DNA of 64,000 nucleotides, taken from assembly GCF_018977255.1 (NCBI RefSeq), contig NW_024704743.1, forward strand, positions 102,488,001 to 102,552,000, written 5' to 3'. The position numbers were made by a program, and so were the translations under genes. The notes beneath the pieces were generated by a model that was given only the letters and a program-made list of their open reading frames with translations, did not search any database and was not told where the DNA came from. Shown in pieces: positions 11,486-25,240 of this stretch (the first letter of the stretch is position 1; every line of letters begins with the position of its first letter). This stretch comes from Callorhinchus milii (Eukaryota).

Positions 11486-13320
11486 GGTTGATGTGAGAGG
11501 CGAGGCGATGGAGGCGGATGGAGTGGTCCACAATATTGAAGGCAGCAGAGAGGTCAAGGAGGACGAGAAGGCAGAGGGAACCCTGGTCACAGATGGACAA
11601 AATGTCATTTGTCATCTTGACCAGAGCAGTTTCCGTGCTGTGAGCTTGTGAAGGGAGTGGTAGGAAAGGAATGAGCGAAGCTGGGAAGCAACACCTCTTT
11701 CAAGGACCTTGGGAAGAAAAGGGAGGTTGGAGATGGGCTGGAGTTAGAAAGCAGGGATGGGTCCAGGGAAGGTTTCTTTTAGAATGGGGGTGATTATAGC
11801 TGTTTTTAAGGGGATGGGAACAGTGCAAGATGATAGGGAGAGATTGATGGTGAGAACAACATTTTTCCAATGCTCGAGGCTCCACCATTCTTTGTAGAAA
11901 ATTTGAAAAATGTAGAGAAATAGGTTCAGAACTCTGTCTTTCTTTCTCAGAAGTAACCTCCTCTGTCCTCAGTACATTGCCCAACAAAGGGGTTACTTTG
12001 TGTCCTCAACTCCAAGTTGGAGTAATTGTTATTTTTTTCATGTAAGTAGGTGCTAGCCAGCAATATAGTGAACAACAATATTTTGAACACATTTATTGGC
12101 TGATAGCAGCCCTAGTAACTATCAGTTCTTAAAGATGGAACCATAACAGTATGAACTGAGTTCTCGCCATTAATGAAGCCTCAGGCAGAATAAGATCAAC
12201 TACTGCAAATTCAACAAAAAAGTGGAGAATAATTTGTTTTATTCACACATGTGAAATAACACACTCGCTAAACAATACCTGTACACTCTCCTGTTTAAGA
12301 CAATCCTGGAAATGTGTGCAGCTGGAATAAAGCAAAGTAAACAACAACAATAATAAATTGCATTTATATAGCGCTTTTCTCGCTGGGACGATTGTTGGAA
12401 AATCAAAAGAAAATCATAAAAATCAAAAGATTCCACAGATCATAGCAGAGTACATTGTGTCACTGAGGTTTCCGATCTGTGATGCAGTTCAAAGCCAAAA
12501 CAAAATGCAGTATACTGTTTAAAAAATAATTTGTCCATTTTGTGAATTCAAATGGTGAATGTTCATTTAATTTTTACTGTGCCTATCAGGGTTATTCACC
12601 CCTTGTCAATACATTCACCAACCTTTGGTAGTGCACGCTTATAATGCAGAAATCCTATTATAAATATATATCAGCAAAGGCCAGGAATGGACTGACAAGC
12701 AGAGACTAACTCTCTATGAATTGCAGTTTTCCAAGTCTTTTTTTTAAATATTCGTTATATGGAATCACAGAGCTGAAACCGTTGTCGAAAGCTCTGTGAC
12801 TCTGTGTTGAAACATTTTCTATTTGCATGGTGCCAAAGTAATGGGACACAGTCCTACCTCCCCTATGCAATGTTGCCAGTCTCCGCCACACTGCTGTGGA
12901 GAGGTGATAAGCAGAAGAAAGGATGGATGGAGAGTTATTCCTGCTCTGTTGTTTCATGCCTATGGAGCCCAGGAGCAGCTCTGTCACCCAACTTTTCAAT
13001 CATTCACAATACATTGTTGGGTAGATAAGAGAGGAGCTTACCCTCAATAAAGGGGTATTCTATTTTGAGCAGAGATAAGACTTAAGTATCATTTTTTATT
13101 CCGCTAGGATTTTCAAACTGATAGATTCACCTTTGGAGAGAGATGAGAGCTGGTTCACGACTGACCGATTAATGTTAAAACATCCCCCTTGCTCACAATA
13201 GTTTTCATTAAAGTTATCTTATTATTATATTACTATCATTACTGATTCGTGAACAATGCACAGATTTATACTCAATTCAACACTGCAGAACATTGAATTT
13301 CTTCCTCTCATGACAAAAAG

Positions 13321-13630
13321 TGGAGTCCTGTAGCTCAGTGGTTAGAGCACTTGCTTTGCAAGTGAGAGACCTGAGTTCAATTCCCAGCAGGGTGAAGCCT
13401 TGGGCAAGTTTCCTTAGTCCACAAGCCTAATAATAATCCCTCAAAAAAAACAATAATAACTCGGTCATTTCAATCCACGACTGTTTGTGGGACACTGCTG
13501 TGCACAATTGGCTGCTGCATTTCACCCACAAATATACAGTCAATTCACTTTACAGTCTATTCTGTGAAGCGCTTTGACATGTCGAGAAGACATGAAAAAG
13601 CACGATATCAAATACAAGGATAATTATTAT
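13321..13630 (+). mobile_element. tRNA-Ala-headed SINE, full length, short variant
   Basis: tggagtcctgtagctcagtggttagagcacttgctttgcaagtgagagacctgagttcaattccc head through aaggataattatt tail. Confidence 0.9.
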
Positions 13631-13809
13631 AAAAGGTAATAACTTATTCTTCACATAATTCTCTTCTGGAAATAATTTCCAGGGCCTTGGGACGTCCTCC
13701 CGACATAAAAGCGCTATACAAATGTAATCTTGTTGTTGTTGTTGATGTTCTGCAGTCTTATTGAAAATTGTTTGCATATTTAACATCATGCTGGTTTAAG
13801 ACATAGCTT

Positions 13810-13975
13810 TTGTTCATTTACTTCATGGCTATTTGTGGGACACTGCCCAATTGTCTCATATGTCAACAAATACATGGCCACTATACTTTACAATGAAATC
13901 CTGTGAAGTACTTTGAGACTTTCTGATAACATAGTACAAAACTATATCAAATTCAAGGATTATTATTACTATTAA
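13810..13975 (+). mobile_element. DeuSINE-type 3' tail
   Basis: tttgtgggacactgc...gtgaagtactttgagac...aaggattattatt. Confidence 0.6.
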
Positions 13976-15419
13976 ACATGACTAATCCAGGAGGTTGAGG
14001 CAGAGCTGAATTTTACAACACCATCATCTCAGCAAATTGTTCATCCTTAGGTTAGGGAGATGAGACAGGTAAAATTCATGTAGTTATCACCTGACAGTCA
14101 ATTCATATCCAGTGGTGCATAATTCATGGTTGTGTCAATCCTTGCAGAGCGAAGCTGTAATCTGTGTAGCTTGTGTACCCACTATAGCAGAAGAGATGTG
14201 ACTCAGGAGCAGAATAATATGTGATTCTGAAGAATAGCAGCCAGTATTCATTGTCCTGGTATTTCAAGCAGTCACAGGAGCTGTTTGGATGATACAGAAA
14301 TCATACCCAGCTCCTTACGAACAATAGTTAACTCCCACATGATACGGAGAGGAAGCGCCTGCAGCTTCAGCTTTTGAGCAGGGTACACTTAAAGCCTACA
14401 CATATATAATTGATAGAGAGCAATTGATGGGCGTCTGGTTAGCAAACAGAGTAGATTAATCTCTCAGTCAGATTCATGGAATCAGATTGTTTGCCTTGCT
14501 CCTTAGAGCTGTTTGATTCAATGTTAACATGCTCTGTCAGATAAAAAGATAATCAAGTTTAATCATTTTCTTTCTTAGAGTCTAATTTGCAACATTTCTT
14601 AACTGGATTCCTTGCTGCACCGCTCAGAGATGTGTGTTGACCATTGTGGAGTGGTGCTGCAACCTGTGCAATTTGTATACCTGCAACAGCAGAAAAGGAG
14701 CACAACAATCTGTAATTCAATCCCGTTAGAATTCCTTTTGACCTGTAAGAACTCTGATCCAGAAGTAGATTAAAGAGAGCAAAGTTCCCATTGGTTGGTA
14801 TAGAGATATGTCCATAAGGAGGGCTCATTTCCGTGATTCAGATTCCTTATAAACATTATAAGCGCCTTAGGATGTCCTTCCGACATGAACGGCATTACAT
14901 AAATGTAAATTTATACTCTACTGTTATAAGGAAATTGGTTAAGAAATATTATAAATTAAAATGCCATTTATATAATTAAAAGTAATTAGTACTTAGCTAG
15001 GAGAAGACAATAGGCAAAATTTGCAATAATCCTCAATATAATTACAATAGTTACTAAATTAAGTTACAGCCACTTTCCCATCCTACACAGAGAAGCTGAT
15101 CATATAAGTCAGTTTCCTGTTTCTTTTAAACTGACAAGTGGACAACTGACTGTGAGAATACCTGCAGGGAAATCAGAGGCTAAAGTGTGGGGCTAAATCC
15201 TAATGAGGCTTTAATGGGTTCTCAGTTGACAGTACTCATCCCTGAGTCAACAACAACTCCGGGCCGAGTACAGTACAAAATACCAAATTACATTTGTAAA
15301 GCACCTTTCACGTCGCGAGGGAACGAGGCGAAAGGAATGAGGAATGGAGTTCGAGAGAGTACAACAACAACAACTTGCATTTGTACAGCACCCCTCACAC
15401 AGGGTAGCATCCCAGAGCC

Positions 15420-15812
15420 CTTGTCCCAGAATCAGAAGGTTGTGGGCTGAAGTTGTACTAAGGACTTGAAACTCATAGTCTAGGCTGGTGCTCCAATGGA
15501 GATGGGGGTGTGCAGCATTGTCAGATGATATGTTAAACCAAGGTTCTGTCTGCCTATTCAGGTGTACATTAAGTTACACTATTTAAAAAGGGGAGAGTGC
15601 TTCTCTTGATGTTCTTGCCATCAATCCTTCAAATAAAATTGATTATTCATTTGATGGCTGTTTTACGGGACATTGCTGTGCACAAATTGGCTGTGGTGTT
15701 TGCCTTCAAATACACAATCAGTACACTTCATACTAAAATCCAGTGAAGCACGTTGAGACAGTTTGATGATATGATAAGTTGCTATATCAAAATCAAGAAT
15801 GATTATTATTAC
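15420..15812 (+). mobile_element. DeuSINE, near full length
   Basis: tcagaaggttgtggg head, Deu domain ttaaaccaaggttctgtctgcctattcaggtg, common tail. Confidence 0.75.
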
Positions 15813-15840
15813 TTATTCTGATCAGGATGCCAATGTGTAA

Positions 15841-16165
15841 ATAATAATAATAATAATAATAATCCTTACATTTGATATAGCGCTTTTCACGTCAGGAGGA
15901 CGTCCCAAAGCGCTTCACAGAACACACTGTAAAGTGAATTGACTGTATATTTGTGGGCGAACGCGGCAGCCAATTGCGCACAGCAATGTCCCACAAACCG
16001 TCGTAGATTGAAAATGACCAATTTAATTATTGTTTTGGGTTTTTTGGAGGGATTATTATTAGGCGTGTGGAGTAAGGAAACTTGCCCAAGGTTTCGCCCT
16101 GCCTGGAATTGAACTCAGATCTCTCACTTGCAAAGCGAGTGCTCTAACCACTGAGCTACAGGACT
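15841..16165 (-). mobile_element. tRNA-Ala-headed SINE, young short variant
   Basis: Near-identical to 21780-22092 with CpGs retained. Confidence 0.92.
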
Positions 16166-17019
16166 AAAGTCCTGAGCCACAAGTTTAGAGCAATAACCAA
16201 CAGGCATTGTATTCAAATTTACCATCTTCCAGATGGTACTTTTAGATTCAGACTAGTTCATCAGAAACAAGGCCACGAACCTACATAACTTCCTTTCTTT
16301 ACCCCTTCATCTTTCCCCGTGCTCTGACTGTCTTTAACTCACACCTGAAAGCCTACCTTTTCGACCGTGCCTGTACTTACTTCGCTCTCACCACTTCTTC
16401 CTTGCTTGGCGTCTTTGTGAAGTTTTAATAAGTGCTCTGAAAGATTATCCTTGAAGTGCTCTATATAAATGTAATTTGTTGTGATCTGAACATCGTTTTC
16501 CCTGTTTTCTACGGTCCCTGTTTCTATGGGATGCTCCCTGGTTCTGCTTCAGTTATTCAAGCAGTCATCATAATGGGGAAAAATGACAGGGTCTCCTACA
16601 AGGCAGCTGAGTATTTGTTTTATTATATTTGAATAAAGGAGGATTACTAAAAGCTCAAAAGGCACCAGTCTCATCCAATATCCTTCTCCCTTCCCACACA
16701 TGTTAAGGTCATGGTCATTTCAATAATGTCAAAGAGCAAACCAGAGATACCGCAGGTTAAATAAAAAAGCAATTATGAAATCTCGTGGCGGGCTGTAAAA
16801 ATGTCACCCACTATCAAGGGATTAAAATGAAAGACATCTGTGAAGATTGTAAAATGGCATTGAACAAATATAAAAAGAAATGAACTAAAGTGAGGGCAGA
16901 GCAGAATGTGAGGGAGAATATGTAGACAACATGAGAAACAAATATCCTTTACCAAGATCATTCGATCCTAGCGACTAACTATGATTAGATTGCTATATTT
17001 CCATCAGGAACTAATTCAG

Positions 17020-17335
17020 AATAAGATTATGAAATGATTCAGTAAACTAGATGTTACTAGGCTGTTTCTATGTATTGGTGATTCCAAAACAAGAGGCATT
17101 AATATAAGATGGTCCGTAACAGATCCAATAGGGAATTCCGCAAAAGTGATGAGAATTTGGAACTCACTGCCTGAACCTGTGGTTGAAGCAAAAAGCATCA
17201 ACATTTTTAAGAGGAAACTTGATGCATATGTGAGGACGAAAGGTATAAAGAGGCATAAGAGAGGGGATTAGAAGGGGAAGAGGCTTGTGTGGCCTATGAA
17301 CACTGGCACAAACTTGTATCAATCTATGTAAACTT
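17020..17335 (+). mobile_element. CR1 3' fragment
   Basis: aacaagaggcatt...gtgatgagaatttggaactcactgcctgaacctgtggttgaagc (VMRIWNSLPEPVVEA). Confidence 0.7.
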
Positions 17336-17344
17336 GTGCTTGAC

Positions 17345-18575
17345 ACTGGCTTGATTGGTAGCAATCTCTCCTCCGAGTCAAACTCTCATGTCGAGACTTT
17401 GAACTTATATTGTCTAGGCTGACACTCTAATGCAGTACTGAGGTTGTGCTGCACTTTTATAGATGATCTCGCCTCGATTAGAAGTTAAACTAAGGTCCTG
17501 TCTGCCTGTTCAGGTGGACATTAAAGATCCCATGGCATTAGCTTAAATCAGAACAGAGATTTTCCTGGTGTCCTGGTGAACAATACCCCTCCCCGCTGAC
17601 CCCAAATACAATTGGTAATTTCTTTCATGCCTATTTGTAGGCCAAAGTTGTGCACAAATTGGCTGCTGCATTCATCGAAAAGGTACAACAAAAACAACAA
17701 AATGACATTTGTAAAGCGCCTTTCATATTGGGAGGACGTCCCAAAGTGTGGACAGTCAGGGGTCAGGACCCGAGGGTGGGGGGCAGGGTTGGGAAAAGGG
17801 AGGGCAGAGGGGATAGGAGGGCGGCCAAAGGCACGGTCAAAAAGGAGGGTCTTGAGTCATGCCTTGAAGGAGCCAAGAGAGGGAGCAAGGCCAACGGATT
17901 GTGGGATGGAGTTCCAAAGAGTGGGGGTAAAGAGGCTGAAAGCCCGGCCGCCGATGGTAGGGCATGTCGGACGGGAGACCTGGAGCAGGCTGCTGAGCGG
18001 AGGGAGTGGACAGGTTGATAGAGTGTCAGCATATAGGAGGGGGCAAGGCTGTGGATGACCTTGAAAATGAGGACAAGGATTTTTAATTCTATCCTCTGAG
18101 GGATTGAGACCCAGTGGAGTCGGGTGGGTTGATAGGGTCACGGAGCCTGGTGCGGGAGAGAGCACGAGCTGCAGAGTTCTGGATGATCTGCAGCTTGTGG
18201 ACAGAGGAGTTGGGGAGGCCGACAAGGAGGGAGTTTCCATAATCGAGTCTTGATGTGACGAGCGTCTGTATGAGGGTTTCGGCGTCCTGAGGGATGAGGC
18301 AGTGAGGGGTGAGGCAGTGGCAGAGTCGGGCAATGTTGCGGAAGTGGGGATAGGCAGAGCAGATCATGGCATGGACATGGGGGAGAAGGGACAGCTAAGG
18401 GTTGAACAAGATGCCCAGGTTCCTAACTGGCTTGGTGAGGTAGAGTGTGCAACGATGGATGCTGATGCTGTCAGTGCGGATGTACAGTCACTGCAGCTTA
18501 CCATAATTACTGTGAAGTGCTTTGAGACATCCTCCCAATGTGAAAGGTACTATATCAAATAAAAAGATTACTATT
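17345..18575 (+). mobile_element. DeuSINE split by an L2 insertion
   Basis: Deu domain ggtcctgtctgcctgttcaggtggacattaaagatcccatggca at ~17494-17540; tail resumes at ~18481. Confidence 0.75.
17688..18480 (-). mobile_element. L2 LINE 3' fragment
   Basis: ORF 18089-18367 AETLIQTLVTSRLDYGNSLLVGLPNSSVHKLQIIQNSAAR; IGGRAFSLFTPTLWNSIP. Confidence 0.9.
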
Positions 18576-20881
18576 TTAATTCTATGTAATTTCTGAACTG
18601 TTTTAACAAATTCTTTTAACAAACTTCTCGAAGCACTGCTAAATAAAATCTCATGAGCTTTTTTATATGTCAACATAAGAAATACAATTTCATTAGTTAG
18701 TGTTAATTGAAGTAGCTAGTGAGGAGGCAACTATAATTCAATAAAATATCTGACATTTTTTAAATACCTGAAGCAACAATTGACTAGTAACAGAGACTAG
18801 AAAATAGCTCTGCTTTGCCAAATCTTTTGCTGGCAATGGATCAACTCAAAGCTTGTAGGAAGAAATTTAATGGGGAGAAAAATAAAGATACCTCAGTCGC
18901 ACAATAATTTTACATTGCCGTGTAGCAGTAGGCTCAATATAAATGCAATTGCTCTCCAATAAGATCTTATTTACAGAAAATATTGCGAAAGATATCAGTT
19001 TTCTTTAGCCAGAAGCCAGAATGAATATTTAAGTCTCATTCACCCTATTTATCTTCTGCTGTAGGTTTAATACATTTTCATGCTAACATTTTCTGAACTA
19101 CTGAATAACATGAAATCCCATGGATTCAAATTTTCCTTTGCAGGTTAACATTGAAGTAGTGATGAACTATTAACTTTGTGATTGTTTGTATTTTTTTTTA
19201 AGTCAGCTGGGTGTCTGACACGTGGAAACTCATCAACATGCTTAAGAGTATCCAAACCAGATTGAGAATTCCACATATAAACGCCACCTACACGTGGAAA
19301 TGTCCCTGTGTCTGGAATGCAATGCAAATTCTCCCTGGAGGGATCACTCTACTTATGACTATTGATTGTGTAGATACAGTATTCATCTAATCCTGACATT
19401 TGTTAGAATATACACATATTTACATAATAAAATTAGGTTGGTAGTAATATATTTTAAATATACATATTTACAAACAGTAATATAAACATGTAGTTGATGT
19501 GCTTTGGAAAATGTTCATAATCTCATAACATAACTTTTCACAAAAAAACACATTTTTGCAGCAGTTTTAATGATAATAATCCTTGCATTTAATATCGTGC
19601 CTTAACACATTTAAACATCTCAAAGTGCTTCATTGTAATTTATGTTAAGTGGAGTGGCTCTCTGTGTATGTGGCTTGTCAAATGCCTAGTAAATTGATAT
19701 TTTGTATATGCCACACAACTTTGCGCAGTGGAACGGTGACTTGGTTCAGAGATGGTACTCCTAACATTGCAAAGGTTTTTAAATGCTGTGATTCAGTGTA
19801 AATCTCTGATAAGGAGAGCTTCTTCTAGCCACACAGGTTCCAAGAGACAGATTTATATGTCTGAAAGCAGCAATAGCTGAAATGAAAGAATGTTTCACTT
19901 AAAGTGATAGGTTCTTAATTCAACCTGCTGCCCCCGAGATTTTTCTTTGAACAATAGCTTGTGGCTTGTTAATACCCAGTCCACCTGATCGTTTATTAGC
20001 ACTGATCTTGAAATCCTCCGAAAAGACTGAATTTCAATAGAAAAACAACATTGCTCTAAACATGCCCTCCCGTCGTTAATGAGGACCGATTAAGAATACT
20101 ATTTGAATAATGTGGCAATGTTTACACCACAAAAGGGCCTGCAGAATTTCATATCTGTTTGAGCAAAACATGTCTTACATTTCCTGCCCCAATTCTGCTA
20201 CTTTTTAATTATTTAATTGACAATGAATTTGCATGGAAGTTTTAGCCGTGGAAGTCGTTTAACTAGTAAATCAATCCAGACTACCTGCTAAGGAGAAGGG
20301 CAGCTACAATTAAATCTTGTCATGCTTTTCAGCCTTTATTTTCTTCCCAGCAATAAAATGAACCATGGAAATAAAAAAAAGATTCAGCCAGAACAAAAAA
20401 ATCTGTCCAGGAAAATGTTATTGGTTTTAAACAAATAGCCTGGGATTCCGTGAGAATTTATTCATTTTCTCACAATTCAAGGTCAGGTGTCTGAGGAATA
20501 TTCAGTTTCTGTTATGATGACTTTGAAAACAAATGGTTCTGCACTGAATATGATCAAATCAAGTTCTCTTTGTTTTCGGTGTGTTATTGATTTCTTCGGA
20601 AAGCTGAGTGGATAGCAAGCAAACAAGCCATGGGTTCTTCTTTTGTGAGGGATGGTTTCAATTACAATATATACTCCGAATTCCATTTCACAGAATCAAG
20701 TATCATAGCTTGTCCACATAGATCAGACATAATGTAAAGTTTTTTGTTTTATTGTAATCTGTTAGCATTACAAAAAAGTGGCTTTCAAGACACAATATAA
20801 TCCTCGGTAGTCAGTGTGCAACATATTTAACCAAAAGGTTAATTTTTTGCACATTATGTGAGATTACAGCACCAATAACAT

Positions 20882-21035
20882 TTGTCATTCACCCCATGAC
20901 TGTTCGTGGGACATTAATTGCTAGTGTATGTGTGCTCAAATTGGCCTCCAGATTCGCCTACAGAGTATACATGTACTACCAATTTATAATAAATCAAGGA
21001 AAGTGTTTTGAGAGATCCACTTGACATGAATGACA
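20882..21035 (+). mobile_element. DeuSINE 3' tail
   Basis: gactgttcgtgggacatt...aaattggcc...ttcgcctaca. Confidence 0.5.
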
Positions 21036-21046
21036 TTTCAGTCCTG

Positions 21047-21328
21047 AAGTCAATGACCAATTTTATTTGGGGAATTATTGGCCAGGATACCAGTAGAAGC
21101 TCCCTTCTCGTTTTGAATAGTGCCATGGGATCTTCCAACTGAACAGACAGACGGGATCTTGATTTGACATCTCATCTGAAGGATGATCCCTCTGACAATG
21201 CAGTGCTCTCTCAGCACAGTATGGTAGTGTCAACTTAGCTGGTGAGTTCAAACATTTTACATGGGGCTTAAACTCACAACCTTTTGACTCAGAGACAAGA
21301 GTGCTGCCAACTGAGCCAGTGCTGACAA
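21047..21328 (-). mobile_element. DeuSINE 5' and central portion
   Basis: gaatagtgccatgggatc...acaaccttttgactcagagacaagagtgctgccaactgagcca. Confidence 0.8.
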
Positions 21329-21599
21329 CTGATCACATGCATGTGCTTTCTTTATCAAGCAAGTTAACAAATATGGAAAGTGGCCAGAATTGTGGAGAAG
21401 AAATTGAAAATAAATTAATGACCTGCAAAGGTTTCCAGCAGCTAAGTATAGCACAATAGGGATTGTGAATCCTCAAGCAGGAAGGCTCTCATGGCCTGGC
21501 AAGATGACAGCCAACTGTTCCAGATGGAAGGTAATAACATCACTGCAAATTTAAAGTTCCTACAGAGACTGACACCTGATGTAATCTGCTCTACTCACT

Positions 21600-22120
21600 G
21601 CCAATTCACTTTACGGTATATTCTGTGAGGCGCTTTGAGATGTCTCAACGACTTGGTAATGGACTATATCAACTGCAAGGATTATTATTATTACTCTATT
21701 TTGTGGAGTCCTGTAGCTTAGTGGTTAGAGCACTCGCTTCACAAGCGAGAGGGCGTGATAAGGCATTATATCAATAATATAATAATAATCCTTGCATTTG
21801 ATATAGCGCTTTTCACGTCGAGAGGACGTCCCAAAGCGCTTCACAGAACACACTGTAAAGTGAATTGACTGTATATTTGTGGGCGAACCCGGCAGCCAAT
21901 TGCGCACAGCAATGTCCCACAGACGGTCGTAGATTGAAAATGACCAATTTAATTATTGTTTTTGTTTTTGGAGGGATTATTATTAGGCGTGTGGAGTAAG
22001 GAAACTTGCCCAAGGTTTCGCCCTGCCTGGAATTGAACTCAGGTCTCTCGCTTGCAAAGCGAGTGCTCTAACCACTGAGCTACAGGACTCCACAAATGCA
22101 ATGATTATCATATTATATTG
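21600..22120. mobile_element. SINE cluster: + tail, + head fragment (21703-21752), full young minus SINE (21780-22092)
   Basis: Two tRNA-like heads in inverted orientation; the minus copy splits a tail (ttatatcaa | aaatgcaatgattatc). Confidence 0.85.
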
Positions 22121-24954
22121 TTATAGGATGCCTACAATGTCCAAAAATCATCCATATAATATACATGGCAACAGTTAGTAAAATAGGATGTTCCATATAT
22201 TCATTTGCTCTATCTTGAGCAGTTCGGTTGGTAATTATTTTTGGTAGCCTGCTGCAATAGTCTTTTAGTGTGTGTACAAAAGGAGTGTACAGTTCATCAC
22301 TTTATGTTCAACCTTTATAATTCTGGTCATTTTTTGTATTTGTAAATGCAATTGTTTCCCTGTCTTGGAGTAATTTGCATCTTCCTCCTGCAAAACAATA
22401 ATAATACTTCTTGCATTTGATATACCACCGAATCATTTCATCAAAATATCTCAAAGTGTTTCACAGGTTTTACTGTAAAGTATACTCACTATGTATTGTG
22501 TGAATATATTTTACAGTAAAACTTTCACACAGCAATGATGAACACATAGCTGAAAAAAATGCCAATTACTTCTTAAGATATCAAAATTCAGAGATGGAAT
22601 GTTGCCCGAAAAACTAAAATGCAGCAATGTGAAATTCCACTATCCATGTGTTTGAAGAAAATTGGAAATATTTGCCAGTACAATTTTATATTGCAATGGC
22701 AAAGTAGATAGTGAGAATTTGGGTCCATTAGGTGAGTTGTCAAAGTAATGACAGCTGAATTATTAAAATGTGATCAGGTCAGAAATGAATTTTTAAAAAT
22801 GTTGTGTTGGTTAAGTTTGGTATGTTTTTGCCTGTAAACTAGTGTCAAACTGAAGAATTATAATCTTGATTATAAAATGTTGTTTCAATTGAATAAAGAA
22901 TGCTTGCACTTGCTAACGGATGTCACAATGACTTGCAGAACTACAGTCGATTATAAATGTTATTTTAATTAAATGTAACTGAATTGCAGAAGTTCCATCT
23001 AAGTGTAACAAATGTCCTGAGGTAACAACAGCTTCAACAACAACTTGCATTTATATAGCACCCTCAATGCAGGACAGTCTCAGAGAGCTTGACAATAGGT
23101 AGCTGGTATAACACGAGACAAAATGATATAAGGTATCAATATTCAGTATATTGTATCATGAAGAGTTTAGTTGGCTAAGAAAGAAAAAGTGAATTTGTTA
23201 TTGCATCTGTAGTTTGTTGTGTCTGTAAGTTAATTGCTAGTGTACAGACCCATAGCTTAATCGGAGTCAGATAACCTGACTAAAATAGTCAGGCAGATGA
23301 AAAAGTACTGACATGCACTGATCAGCTTGAAGTCGGGAACTATGATATGAAGAAGTATAACTGAGCTACACTAAGGAAACGTGCCCAACGTCAACGATAC
23401 AAGAACACAGTTGCAGGAAATTCAATGTTTGCTTTCATCAGTGTTTTCAAATGAAGAGAATTGTGTCTGCTGCCTATGAACTTTGATGTTGTCTCCAAAG
23501 TGATGTACTGTACGTAAGCATACAAGCATAATGTTGCCTATTGTAACCCTGCCTAACCCTGTTTATTAAATTAATGCAAAATTATACATCTTTTAGCTTC
23601 AGTAATTGAAGGAGTTATGAAATGAGTTATTAATTGGTGGCCACATCTTTTGAACTGAACACCATGTTTGACGAATGTGCTATTTTTTAAAATCGATATC
23701 CTACAAGAAAAAAAATCTAAATAAATAAAGTTGATTCACAAGGTGCAATTTCTTTCAGCAAAAACATCCAGTTGGAATAATTGATGCATGAAAATGCAAT
23801 TGAAATTTTTTGTGAAGTGAAAAAAGAAATTTTACGTTGTTGAGTGTTAAGAACATTGCAATGCTTGTATGTCACACAAAAGTACTGTGAAGGTTTAATC
23901 CACTGGAAAATTATTTCTATTTCATTGTGTTAAAATCCTACCTCCAATTTTCTCTCTGAATTTTCTCTGACCATTCTTCAGAGAATGTGTGACACTAGAT
24001 GAGTGAACATTGATCAGCTATTGAACCATGGAACAAATCACAGCCAAATAAAATGCTACCCTCACTGTTGTCCATCCACACATACAGTACAGCAGCAACC
24101 AAATGATATCAATCAGTTTCCTGGCTGCTTTTTCATCTCCTTAACCCAGACATATTACAGGCAAAACGTTAGGTCTCTGACTCTCTTTCCTGGTTGAGGT
24201 CAGCATAAATTATTAACCCTGAACCCTTTCAGCTCTTTATGCAGTGCTCCAAGACACTATCCTACATAAGTGCAAGTTGCTGTTGTGTGATTCATTTCGA
24301 TATTCGGGCGTGAGTTTACTAATTGTAGGCTCAAAATCTACATCGCCTCTTAGCCTGTAAGACTTCTTTGCCTTAAAACTTAAGATTGTGTAGAATTGTG
24401 GAAAATTCTTAAGTTTAACAGGGAAATTATGAGATGGAATTTCGGCCCTACCGTTTTTTTGCCTGTCTTGACAAATAAGAGGAGATAGGTCATTTTTATT
24501 TTAGGTCCAGGCATCATGTAGCTTGTAGACTATATATACAGATAGTTAAATGTTGATCTGAGGTAATTTTTCTTATTAACTCAACTGGCAGTTCGTTATT
24601 CTATGAAGAGACCAAATGGTACATTATCAATACAAATATACATGCATATCTATTTGAGTGCACTTGTAAGAATGTATCTGGAAATAATCTGAATTATGCA
24701 TTTCACACTTTACCATATCCCCATGTGTCACTTTTAACAATGAATGCAAATCACCCAATAATAACTTCCACAAAATTCAGGTTATCTTCCTTTTAGTGTG
24801 TTTTGCATCATATCACAGAAGTAAGGAAAAACATCTCTGCAAATCTGAGATGGGATATTAAAAATAACAATCGTTCTGGACCTTCTAGCTTCCTCCTTTT
24901 TTACCTTGTGCCTAAACTTCTGAAATTCACTTCTGCCTACCAAAACTATCCATA

Positions 24955-25240
24955 AACTCTAGCTAACCAAACCTCCATTGACCACATCCATACCTACAGC
25001 AAACTCTGCACACCCAGGCATCAAGTTCTCACCAGGGTCTACTTACTACCTGTCTCCCAACAGCGGAATTTAAAATTCTCATCCTCACTTATAAATTGCT
25101 TTGTACACTAGAACCTCCTTATCTCTGTAATCTTCTATCCCCGCCTCTACCCCCCCCCCTCCCCCCCACTCCCACCACCATCACACTCATCTGCTTGCCC
25201 CATTTACTTCTCTAATTCAGGTTTGCTGTGTCTCCCGCAA
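24955..25240 (+). mobile_element. Decayed L2 fragment
   Basis: gaatttaaaattctcatcctcacttataaa (EFKILILTYK). Confidence 0.6.

Larger units (their letters stand above)
9752..11830 (-). mobile_element. L2 LINE 3' ~1.5 kb (frameshifted RT and C-terminus), interrupted by an LTR
   Basis: Minus strand encodes [15 protein letters not shown]...[16 protein letters not shown] (11520-11645), [10 protein letters not shown] (~10661-10692) and LHWLPIPQRIEFKILVLTFKALHGLAP (ORF 9809-10528). Confidence 0.92.

Noticed and set aside
13321..13395. tRNA-Ala gene (also 4863, 8020, 16165, 22092, 46657)
   Set aside because: No proper acceptor stem or terminator; each continues into the same SINE body and tail.
14590..14700. 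Minus-strand exon after ttttctgctgttgcag
   Set aside because: Good acceptor but no convincing donor and no recognisable peptide.
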